This document shows positions 39,654 through 47,776 of a stretch of 47,776 nt of DNA, in pieces. Location of the stretch: assembly GCA_040880105.1 (NCBI GenBank), contig JBBDJA010000014.1, positions 1 through 47,776 on the forward strand. Direction: 5' to 3'. Every line of letters begins with the position of its first letter. Position 1 is the stretch's first letter. The notes under the pieces were generated by a model. That model was given only the letters and a program-made list of their open reading frames with translations. It had not been told where the DNA came from and did no database searches. The position numbers and the translations under genes are program-made. The stretch comes from Waddliaceae bacterium. GTDB taxonomy: Bacteria; Chlamydiota; Chlamydiia; Chlamydiales; SLOH01.

Positions 39654-41031
39654 ATCAGGGCTTTGTTGCATCGGAGCGGTTCTTCTTTTCTCTGGGTGCT
39701 CTCGAATAAGCACAAACCCAATGCCCGTCTTTAATGAAGTTCAAACAAATATCTCTTATCGCACGGGCCAGGTTTTAGTTTGGGACAAAAGAAAGGAGAG
39801 CTGTTGTGAATTTAAGGACTGGTTAGAGAGTACCCTTAAAGAAGATTTGACTGTAGAAAAGGTTGTCCAGGTTGCTCTAATGAATAATCAACGTCTTAAG
39901 GGAACCTATGAGAACCTTGGAATCGCACAGGCGCAGCTTGTACAATCAGGTCTTTTAAAAAATCCTATCTTTAGTCTTTCTCTCAGATACGAAAACTTGG
40001 TTAGCTCTGCCAATATTCTTGAAATGGGATTAGTCCAAAACCTCCTAGATATTCTACTAAAACCACAGAAAAAGAGACTAGCTTGTGCTGAACTGGCGCT
40101 GGTAAAAAGTGAGGTTTCCGCTCATGTTCTGGATGTTATCGCAGAAGCAAAAATAGCTTATCACTCGCTTCAATCCGCCGAGCAGGTCCTAATGATGAGA
40201 AAGCAGGTTCTGGAGGCAACAGAGGCGGCTTATGACGTTGCTAAACGCTTAAATGAGGCTGGTAATATTACTAACTTGGATTTAGTTGTTGAACGTTCAA
40301 ATTACGAGCAGATGAAAATTGACGTGTCGGGTGCGGAAGTAGCTCTTTTCAAGGCCAGAGAAAGGTTAAATATCGTAATGGGTTTGTGGGGGTCAAATAT
40401 TGATTGGAAAATATCACAACAGATTTCCTTTATACCAGACGAGCAGATGGATTTTGATTGCATTGAAAGTCATGTGATAGCCAATAGTTTAGACCTACAA
40501 ATGTCCAAGGAGCGAATGCGTGCCACAGCGTTGAGTTTAGGTATTGAAACCAGTGAAATTATTTTTCCTGAGCTTACCTTTGGACCAGATTCAGAAAGGG
40601 AACCTGGAGGACCCTGGTTTGTTGGCCCTCAATTCTCAATCGGAATCCCAATATTTGATATTGGAATAGCAAAAAAGGCAGCAAGATGCGCAGAACTCTC
40701 AAAACAATGGAATGAGTACACGGCTTTAGCGATCGAAATCAGGTCGGCATCTCGTGTAGCAAGTTTTCGCCTGCTAAATGCCCTTAAGCAGTATCAGTAT
40801 TTTCAGAGCATTATTATTCCTCTTGAGGAGCAAACTACTAAAGAAACTCTGCTACAGCTCAATGCTATGCAACTGGGTGTGTTTGACTTGCTACTCGTGA
40901 AACAAAGGGAAATAGAAACTAGGTTAAAATCTATTTATTCTTATAGAGACTACTGGATAGCACGAACTGAAGTTGAGACGTTGCTAAGCGGTAGAATGAT
41001 TCACAAAATGAACATGGTGAATGGACAATGA
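39637..41031 (+). CDS. TolC/CusC-family outer membrane lipoprotein
   Basis: Lipobox FSGC; VALMNN, AQLVQSGLLKNP, IPIFD, NAMQLGVFDLL; start may be ATG 39646. Confidence 0.9.
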   Translation: MMEMYKSGLCCIGAVLLFSGCSRISTNPMPVFNEVQTNISYRTGQVLVWDKRKESCCEFKDWLESTLKEDLTVEKVVQVALMNNQRLKGTYENLGIAQAQLVQSGLLKNPIFSLSLRYENLVSSANILEMGLVQNLLDILLKPQKKRLACAELALVKSEVSAHVLDVIAEAKIAYHSLQSAEQVLMMRKQVLEATEAAYDVAKRLNEAGNITNLDLVVERSNYEQMKIDVSGAEVALFKARERLNIVMGLWGSNIDWKISQQISFIPDEQMDFDCIESHVIANSLDLQMSKERMRATALSLGIETSEIIFPELTFGPDSEREPGGPWFVGPQFSIGIPIFDIGIAKKAARCAELSKQWNEYTALAIEIRSASRVASFRLLNALKQYQYFQSIIIPLEEQTTKETLLQLNAMQLGVFDLLLVKQREIETRLKSIYSYRDYWIARTEVETLLSGRMIHKMNMVNGQ

Positions 41032-42407
41032 TTAGTAATATCATCAAAACACAAACAATTTTAATGTTTACAGCTCTTTTGTTACACATTTCTCCTTGTT
41101 TTTCTGAGAAAACGTACACACCTCAATCTCAATACCAACCTTCTAGACCTTGGTCAAAGGCTGTTCGTGAAAATTTACCCCCATCCGAACCTGGTAAAGA
41201 CTATACCCCAGTTGTAGTCCCAAATGGTGCAAAGCTGCCGTACAAAATTATCGATGGTGTCAAGGTCTTCCATTTGATAGCCGAGCCCATTGTCTGGGAA
41301 ATAGCCAAAGGGTTAACAGTTAACACTTGGGGATATAATGGTTCTGTTCCAGGTCCATTGATAGAGGTAAGTACTGGAGACCGTGTTCGTATTTATGTTT
41401 CAAACAAACTACCAGCTCCAACTACCGTACATTGGCATGGAATGTTAATTCTTTGCGGCATGGACGGTGTTTCTGCTCTTACACAGCCATCTATCAAACC
41501 TGGAGAAACCTACGTGTATGAATTTATTTTTCCAGATTCAGGAACGTTTATGTACCACTCCCATCATGATTCGATGACTCAAGAGGGAATGGGGTTAGTG
41601 GGAATGATTGTAGCACACGACAGGCAAGAAGATGTTGATAAACGCCCACAGCGTGATTTTGTCATTATGCTTCACGAGTGGAGTGTCCACGTAGGAACAT
41701 CCAAACCAAACCCTAATGAAATGACCGATTTTAACATATTGACTATGAATGGGAAAGTGATGCCCTATACGGAGCCCCTTGTTGCTAAGTTAGGGGATAG
41801 AGTGTGGATACGTTATGGTAATTTAAGTGCAATGGACCATCATCCGATTCATCTACACGGGTATTCTTTCAAAACAATTGGTTCAGATGGTGGATGGGCT
41901 TCTGATAAATCAAAGCTTTTGCCTGAAACAACCGTTTTAGTTCCTGTCGGAGCGGCTAAAGTCATCGAATTTATCGCTAACAATCCTGGCGATTGGCTAT
42001 TCCACTGTCACATGACACATCATACGATGAATCAAATGGGTCACAATTTTCCAAATATGATAGGCATGGATACGAACGATCTAGATGTGAGAATAAGGAA
42101 ACTGATTCCTGGATACATGACTATGGGAACAACTGGAATGCAGGACATGACAAAAATGGGAATGCCTCTACCAAATAATAGTATCCCAATGCTTGGGTTC
42201 ACGGGACAATTTGGTCAGACTGTAATGGGCGGAATGGCTAACGTTTTAAAAGTTCGAGAAGGTATTAAGGACTATTCAGACCCAGGACCTTATAATTTTC
42301 CAAAGGGGACGATTTCTTGGCGTGCCTCTCGAAAAGAGATGCAAAAAGATGGTATCTTAATTAATTATGATCAGGATTTATCAGTTGGTAATGAAAATTT
42401 ACACTGA
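41028..42407 (+). CDS. Multicopper oxidase (copper resistance type)
   Basis: VHWHG, MYHSH, HPIHLHG, HCHMTHH; Met-rich C-terminus. Confidence 0.95.
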   Translation: MISNIIKTQTILMFTALLLHISPCFSEKTYTPQSQYQPSRPWSKAVRENLPPSEPGKDYTPVVVPNGAKLPYKIIDGVKVFHLIAEPIVWEIAKGLTVNTWGYNGSVPGPLIEVSTGDRVRIYVSNKLPAPTTVHWHGMLILCGMDGVSALTQPSIKPGETYVYEFIFPDSGTFMYHSHHDSMTQEGMGLVGMIVAHDRQEDVDKRPQRDFVIMLHEWSVHVGTSKPNPNEMTDFNILTMNGKVMPYTEPLVAKLGDRVWIRYGNLSAMDHHPIHLHGYSFKTIGSDGGWASDKSKLLPETTVLVPVGAAKVIEFIANNPGDWLFHCHMTHHTMNQMGHNFPNMIGMDTNDLDVRIRKLIPGYMTMGTTGMQDMTKMGMPLPNNSIPMLGFTGQFGQTVMGGMANVLKVREGIKDYSDPGPYNFPKGTISWRASRKEMQKDGILINYDQDLSVGNENLH

Positions 42408-42617
42408 ATAACATGCGAACAGTTAATAAAAATCATTTTACATGTTTTCTTCGTAAAATATAACAGGAAATCCCCGTCTATCCTTCCTTTCTGCACTAGT
42501 TTTAAGTAATTTCTGTACTCAAATCTATCAAGATGAAAGAAGGAGGGATTGATTTGCGGCACTCATGCGCCTTGCCCTTCGGGTGGACTCCGTTATCGTC
42601 CATCAGGCCTCCTTTCC

Positions 42618-42648
42618 AAAAAAAAAAGCAGACCCAAAGGGTCTGCTA
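42618..42648 (-). terminator. tRNA-Ser terminator
   Basis: Minus strand AGCAGACCC-TTT-GGGTCTGC followed by a long T run. Confidence 0.85.
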
Positions 42649-42652
42649 TTTT

Positions 42653-42737
42653 CGGAAGAGGAGGGATTCGAACCCCCGGACGGTTTCCCGTCTTCTGTTT
42701 TCAAGACAGACGCATTCGGCCACTCTGCCACTCTTCC
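42653..42737 (-). tRNA. tRNA-Ser (TGA)
   Basis: GGAAGAGTGGCAGAGTGGCCGAATGCGTCTGTCT-TGA-AAACAGAAGACGGGAAACCGTCCGGGGGTTCGAATCCCTCCTCTTCCG; long variable arm. Confidence 0.96.
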
Positions 42738-42910
42738 TTAGATCGTACTTCTACGATTTGATCATTATTTATACAGGTCTGCATGAATTTCTTCAACCAT
42801 TTTTTAGATTTTGTTTAAAAAATAAACTTTATAAAAAATTTGATTTACAATCATTAATTATCTTATAATTAATTTAAAAGGTAGTGAAGTAGTTTATTAC
42901 GGAGGGAATA

Positions 42911-45061
42911 ATGGATGATCAAAGTAAAAAAGCCCACATGTCAATTGTAGAGGCTGTAGAGACACTCGGTGCAATTGCGGACCTCGATCCTCGACAATTG
43001 TCTGGTGCGCCTGAAAATGAACTTCCGACTCCGTTGAAGTCACAAAAGAATATGATGTATTGGTTGAAGGGTGAATCGCCTGAAAAGCGTATGAAGAGAG
43101 TGCGTGAAACTTTCAAGGATATACTCAATTACCTACAGAGATTTTATGAAAATGACTACACCCGCCTCCAAGATCGAAAGGTAATAGATGAAATTAAATC
43201 GATTATGGTTCTTGTGGGTGAATCAGCGAAAAATCTAGATCAGCTCAGTGATGAAAGAACGATAACAAAGTGTAAAGAGTACAAAGAACTGCAGAGATTT
43301 TACAAAAAGCGTGTGGCAACGCAAATCAGTGAAGGTAAGCTTGGTAAATGGATTTTAGCGCTGACTAAGCGTCTCAGAAAGATCGGCAGTCAAAATGTGC
43401 TGAGTGATCGACCAATTCAAGATACCACCCAGATATTTGTCGATTTGGAAGGGGTAAAATCGGATCACGATTACGAGCTTTTCTATATTCGAAAAGAAAA
43501 TGGAGAACATTATTACAGTCCTAGGGTCCTTAGAAATATGAAGCTTGTAAGTGATTTTGAAGGGTACTTTGGATATAGAAGATCTGAAGACCCACTAATT
43601 GAAGTCGATCACTGGAAAGACTTCTACGCTCTGCAAGTGGCAAAAGAGATTGGTCGAATATCTGAGGTTGAAACAGAAGAGTTTTGCAAGTTAGAGATGG
43701 AGATGCGCGATACGGATTTAAGGCAGGTCATTAATAGCTGCTTGATCGCTCTTCGCATGAGTGCAAAAGAGGGGAATTTATTAAGTCGGACGACAGGGAA
43801 AAATTGCATAGAATATTTTAATGACTTCTTATTCTATCTACGCAAGTCCCTTCATACAACTGGATATAGTCAGTTGATTAATTCTCCTTCTAATAAAATG
43901 AACCCATCATCAAAAGCTGCTATTGAACTTCTTCATGTGATTTGCTGGGCATTGTATGAAAATAGGGGAGGATATTCAAAACTTTTACCTGCAATACAAG
44001 AAACTGTGGAAAGTGCGCATGAAGGATTGACACTCGATCAAGACTCTGAAAAATTAGCCTGGGAACAAATTGCAGGAGATTATGAAGTGATGAAGCGGCT
44101 GATAAAAAACCATCCAAGCGGGTCGTTGAACAAAGTGTTGGATAGTTTAGAAGGTGGGAATCACATCTCTTTTGATCCTTTGCATCAGGAAAATCTTCCG
44201 ACCTTTTTCTATAATTTACCGGTAGGAAAAGAGACCGTCTTGGTTAGTAGATGTCCGTCACCAACGTGTCAAGACTATATACAAAAAGCCTCGATTATCG
44301 AAGAGTATCGCGCATTTTTGAGGCATCAGGCAAATCGCCAATGTCTTGTATTTAACTATCAAGATCGGGCGCACTGGAAAGAGTATTCTAGATGCGAAGC
44401 TCTTGAGAAACTAGCTAAGGAAAAGGAGTTTCGCGAGAAACTCACTGTAGTCACTCTAACCAAAGATAGCGAGTTTTATCATCAGCAAGGAGTCTATGCA
44501 GAGGAAAACTACGTTGAAGTGTTTTTAGAGCTTTTCAAAGAGCAGCTGAGTGATAACAATACCGGGTATTATATCCCTAAATCGATAAGAAAACAGTTGT
44601 TTCCAAAGTTTACTCAAGAAGCATTTAAGAAAATTCATCAGATTTTCTTTTCTGAAAAAAATGTTCTGACGATTAAAGAGCGTCAGACGTTTATAGAAAT
44701 TTTCTATGTGCTCTTTCAGTGTAAGTTAATTGAGCTCTTAAAACCCAGCCAGATCTCTATGGTGTGTAAAGATGGAATTGATGCCACATGCCCGTCTTTA
44801 GTCCAATTATATGCATTCAAGGAGATGTTGCTATGTGGTGGATTAGTTCAAAATGATTTTGATCAAATCTCTCTAATGATTTATGGACCCGCTCTTATGG
44901 TTCGAGAGAGGGTCATCCATTATGACCGCTTCTATCGAATGCTTGGGGTAATTAAGCAGATTGAAACGGTTGCAAGCGAAATGGGCATAGCTGAGTTTAA
45001 AAGCCGCTTGTTAAAAGAGTTTCCTTTTCTTCAAGTGATCTCAGAAAGGCAGAGTCGCTAA
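42911..45061 (+). CDS. Large hypothetical protein with a PTP-loop-like C-terminal motif
   Basis: GGAGG RBS; 716 aa; MVCKDGIDAT near the C-terminus. Confidence 0.8.
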   Translation: MDDQSKKAHMSIVEAVETLGAIADLDPRQLSGAPENELPTPLKSQKNMMYWLKGESPEKRMKRVRETFKDILNYLQRFYENDYTRLQDRKVIDEIKSIMVLVGESAKNLDQLSDERTITKCKEYKELQRFYKKRVATQISEGKLGKWILALTKRLRKIGSQNVLSDRPIQDTTQIFVDLEGVKSDHDYELFYIRKENGEHYYSPRVLRNMKLVSDFEGYFGYRRSEDPLIEVDHWKDFYALQVAKEIGRISEVETEEFCKLEMEMRDTDLRQVINSCLIALRMSAKEGNLLSRTTGKNCIEYFNDFLFYLRKSLHTTGYSQLINSPSNKMNPSSKAAIELLHVICWALYENRGGYSKLLPAIQETVESAHEGLTLDQDSEKLAWEQIAGDYEVMKRLIKNHPSGSLNKVLDSLEGGNHISFDPLHQENLPTFFYNLPVGKETVLVSRCPSPTCQDYIQKASIIEEYRAFLRHQANRQCLVFNYQDRAHWKEYSRCEALEKLAKEKEFREKLTVVTLTKDSEFYHQQGVYAEENYVEVFLELFKEQLSDNNTGYYIPKSIRKQLFPKFTQEAFKKIHQIFFSEKNVLTIKERQTFIEIFYVLFQCKLIELLKPSQISMVCKDGIDATCPSLVQLYAFKEMLLCGGLVQNDFDQISLMIYGPALMVRERVIHYDRFYRMLGVIKQIETVASEMGIAEFKSRLLKEFPFLQVISERQSR

Positions 45062-46502
45062 AGGGGTGCTTTGTCACCTTTTTTACAAGCTCCTGACTTA
45101 AGTATTGTCTGCCGTATTGATAAATATTTTCACTTAACCAATTTCTGACGAAATGGAATTCGCCTGCTTGAATACGCGTATCCCAGTCTGGATATTCTTG
45201 AGCAAACGCCTCAAAAAATTGAGCAGCGTAGGCTGTACCGAGTAAGTAGGTAGGAAAGTAACCAAAGGAGCCAATAGACCAGTGAACATCTTGCAAAGCG
45301 CCGTCAGACGCCTTTTTAGGGGTGATGCCGAGTAATTCTTGTGAAAGACTGTTCCAGGCGCTTTCGATATCAATGGGCTTGATAGAGCCTTCAATAAGTT
45401 GTTTTTCTAGTTTAAACCGCAGCATGATGTGTAATGGATAGGTGACATCGTCGGCCTCTACTCGGATAAATGACGGCTCAATTTTGTGTATGGCTAGATA
45501 AAACTCTTCTAATGAAATGCCCTTCAATTGTGTCGGAAACATCTCTTTAAATTTTGGGTAGTAAAATTTCCAAAACGGAAGGCTCTTACCGATGAAGACT
45601 TCAAAAAATCGCGATTGGCTTTCATGGATTCCAAGTGAAACAGCTTCTCCAAGAGGGGATCCGTAGTGCTCTTTGGGGAGTCCCATTTCATAGAAGGCGT
45701 GTCCGGCTTCATGCAAAATCGAGAAGATATTACTCATAGGATCTTTTGTGTCGATGCGCGTGGTTATGCGACTATCCGTCGGATGTGAAGAGGCGGAGAA
45801 TGGGTGCGTAGAAAAATCCAGACGCCCAAAGTTGCGGTCAAAACCAATAGAGTCTAGGAGTTTTTCACCAAATGCCTTTTGCTTGTTTTTTGAATAACTT
45901 TTTTTTAAGAAACTGTCGTTCAGAGGTTTAGAGTTTTCGACCATGCGTTTGGATTTTTGTATGATGGGGGCGAAAATTCGGTCACACTCTTTTGTGGTCA
46001 TTTCGGGTTCAAATTCATCAAGCAGCGCATCATATGGATGCTCTTTATACCCAATGCGGTCTGCCTTTTCACGGCACATTTCGATGATTTTTTCCAAATA
46101 TGGGTAGAAGAGCGAGAAAGAGTTCATTTTACGTGCCTCTTGCCATACTTGAACAGCTTCCGACGTTAGGGCAGCAAATTTAGCGACAAACGGGGTGGGC
46201 AGTGCGTTTGCAATCAGAAAATCACGCCTTAAACGCTTTAAAGAGGTCCTTTCAGCTTGAGAGAGATCATTGCCGACTATTTCGCCGGTCTCAATATCAA
46301 TAAGCAGAGAGAGGGCACTTTTAAATTTAGATCCGGTCTTTTTTTGATGGATGAGAGTCGCCAGTTGACTGACTTGTTCGGCGCGTATTTTTCCGGCGCC
46401 TTTTGGCATATAGGTCTCTTCATCCCAACTGAGATGTTCAGAGATTCCCTCAAGAACTCTGCATTCTCTTGTGAGGGCATATAATTCGTTATATAAAGAC
46501 AT
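44997..46502 (-). CDS. Carboxypeptidase M32 (Taq-like)
   Basis: HPF, DSRITT, HEAGH, HESQS, IRVEAD, QDVHW, GYFPTY; ATG 46502 preferred over TTG 46523. Confidence 0.96.
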   Translation of the reverse strand: MSLYNELYALTRECRVLEGISEHLSWDEETYMPKGAGKIRAEQVSQLATLIHQKKTGSKFKSALSLLIDIETGEIVGNDLSQAERTSLKRLRRDFLIANALPTPFVAKFAALTSEAVQVWQEARKMNSFSLFYPYLEKIIEMCREKADRIGYKEHPYDALLDEFEPEMTTKECDRIFAPIIQKSKRMVENSKPLNDSFLKKSYSKNKQKAFGEKLLDSIGFDRNFGRLDFSTHPFSASSHPTDSRITTRIDTKDPMSNIFSILHEAGHAFYEMGLPKEHYGSPLGEAVSLGIHESQSRFFEVFIGKSLPFWKFYYPKFKEMFPTQLKGISLEEFYLAIHKIEPSFIRVEADDVTYPLHIMLRFKLEKQLIEGSIKPIDIESAWNSLSQELLGITPKKASDGALQDVHWSIGSFGYFPTYLLGTAYAAQFFEAFAQEYPDWDTRIQAGEFHFVRNWLSENIYQYGRQYLSQELVKKVTKHPFSDSAFLRSLEEKETLLTSGF

Positions 46503-46632
46503 AATTAAAGTGATTTTCTCCAAAAGCCTTTAAAAAAGCAAGAATAAGCATTTATTTGTGATTTTATTTTAATTAATTATTTCGAAATAGTTAATATGTT
46601 ATAATTAAAAATGAAGATAATTAGGTGTTACA

Positions 46633-47328
46633 GTGGATAAGTCAGGTGAGATAATTAATTTACTTTTTTCTGATTTAATTGATGAAATGGCAAAAGAGCT
46701 TGTTGAAAAGGAAAAAGTCAAAGGGTCACAGATTACCTCATTTGATCAAAAACGAGAAGCGCTTATCTCTCAGATGGAAGGTTCTTTTGAGCAAAAGGTT
46801 GGGCTTCTCTCAAAAGGCATGAATATCGCCGCAAGCTCCCTTGAAGATTCGGAAAGAAAAGAGCTAGTGAAGGGGGCAGATCAAATGGTTGGATTGCTGA
46901 AAAAAATCGAAACCCTTGATTTGCAAAAGAGTCTGCATGAGCAGCTTGGAATCTCGGAAAAGACAATTAACGCCATTTACGGTGTCGGATACCAGTTGTA
47001 TAAGGACGGTTCGGTTCTAGAAGCAAGAGCTGTTCTTTCTCTTGTAACGTTCCTGTATTCGGGTATGGGTGATTTTTGGTTTCTACTTGGTCTTTGCGAA
47101 CATAGATTGGGAAATTACGAAGAAGCTCTCTTGAATTACGGTATGTGCATTGGGTGTTCTCCAAAAGACCCAAGGGGATACTTTTGGACAGTGAAAGCAG
47201 CTTATCACATGAAAAGTGAAGAACTTATGCAAGAAGTTCTTCAGATGCTTAGCATTGTCATTGATGAGACAGATCAAGCGGAGGAGTGGAAAGAGCGCTT
47301 TGATGAATTAAAAAGAGAGGTGTCATAA
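46633..47328 (+). CDS. TPR protein resembling SycD/LcrH class II T3S chaperones
   Basis: AIYGVGYQLYKDG..EARAVL...FWFLLGLCEHRLGNYEEALLNY...PKDPR. Confidence 0.7.
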   Translation: MDKSGEIINLLFSDLIDEMAKELVEKEKVKGSQITSFDQKREALISQMEGSFEQKVGLLSKGMNIAASSLEDSERKELVKGADQMVGLLKKIETLDLQKSLHEQLGISEKTINAIYGVGYQLYKDGSVLEARAVLSLVTFLYSGMGDFWFLLGLCEHRLGNYEEALLNYGMCIGCSPKDPRGYFWTVKAAYHMKSEELMQEVLQMLSIVIDETDQAEEWKERFDELKREVS

Positions 47329-47776
47329 TGACTCAAGTAGGACCTGGAGGTGAAGCGCCTCGCTTACCGGATGAGATCGGTAAAGTAGATATAAAAGTTG
47401 AAGAAGAAGGGTTTAGCGTAAACGATATACAGCTAAGTATTAAAGATGCTACTCGACCGAACAATGATTCATTAGCAAAAAAAGCTGGAAAAGTGGGCAG
47501 CGATGTTTTAAAGGGCGTAGGATTTGGAATTGGGGGTCTTGGCTTTTGCCTTGGGGTTGGAATTACAGCTACAGTTTTTATTCTCGAAACCGTTTTTGCT
47601 ATCATTGTTTTTAAAGGCGGTACGGGCAGTAATATACGCCTCTTTTCGGGAATTGGTTACCATTCCGGGCGTGCGACAGCTCTTATACTTGGAGCTATAG
47701 GAGCTAAAATGCAAGGCGTGGATCTACTTAAAGACTTGATGAAGCTTGAAAAGCTTGCAGATATTATCATACGGAA
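47328..47776 (+). CDS. Hydrophobic-domain protein (candidate T3S translocator/Inc-like), runs off window
   Basis: Not in ORF track; TAATG coupling; MTQVGPGGEAPRLPDEIG...GVGFGIGGLGFCLGVGITATVFILETVFAIIVF...ATALILGAIGA. Confidence 0.7.
   Translation, partial: MTQVGPGGEAPRLPDEIGKVDIKVEEEGFSVNDIQLSIKDATRPNNDSLAKKAGKVGSDVLKGVGFGIGGLGFCLGVGITATVFILETVFAIIVFKGGTGSNIRLFSGIGYHSGRATALILGAIGAKMQGVDLLKDLMKLEKLADIIIR

Larger units (their letters stand above)
39169..42553. mobile_element. Genomic islet integrated at tRNA-Ser carrying a copper-handling module; no integrase visible
   Basis: Bounded by the two tRNA-Ser 3'-end repeats. Confidence 0.75.

Noticed and set aside
31651..45061. Both convergent gene overlaps (31651-31715 and 44997-45061) are exactly 65 nt
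   Set aside because: No sequence similarity between them; most likely coincidence

Overview
A gene-dense, AT-rich bacterial chromosome segment, most likely from an environmental member of the phylum Chlamydiota. The assignment rests on the pepF-groES-groEL and ihf-(L,D-transpeptidase)-accA-msbA...dnaQ-T3S chaperone gene orders, the plant/chlamydial-type FabI and the SycD-like chaperone. About 1-35 kb is mostly housekeeping and metabolism: treS/glgE (glgE carries one in-frame TAG), tRNA-Asn, groESL with CIRCE, pepF, ptsH, rpiA, tyrS, ihf, accA, msbA, queC, folB, fabI, fbaB and ldcA. Five accessory features stand out. (i) An exported caspase-like protease lies directly upstream of an exported Cys/Tyr-rich protein with a 12-residue repeat. 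(ii) A ~160-bp palindromic MITE-like family with IS5-like ends occurs three times, plus end fragments. (iii) A plasticity zone at 35.7-42.7 kb has two stacked islets: one bounded by ~75-bp direct repeats (DUF421 remnant, PIG-L deacetylase, decayed AbiEi/AbiEii pair, FMN-binding protein, ANT(6)-like adenylyltransferase), and one integrated at tRNA-Ser(TGA) with a ~152-bp att-like duplication (lipoprotein, TolC, multicopper oxidase). (iv) Several small genes are missing from the ORF track. (v) A SycD/LcrH-like chaperone is coupled to a hydrophobic translocator/Inc-like ORF at the right edge. No CRISPR array, rRNA, integrase or intact transposase was seen. All assignments come from motif recognition by eye, not database searches.
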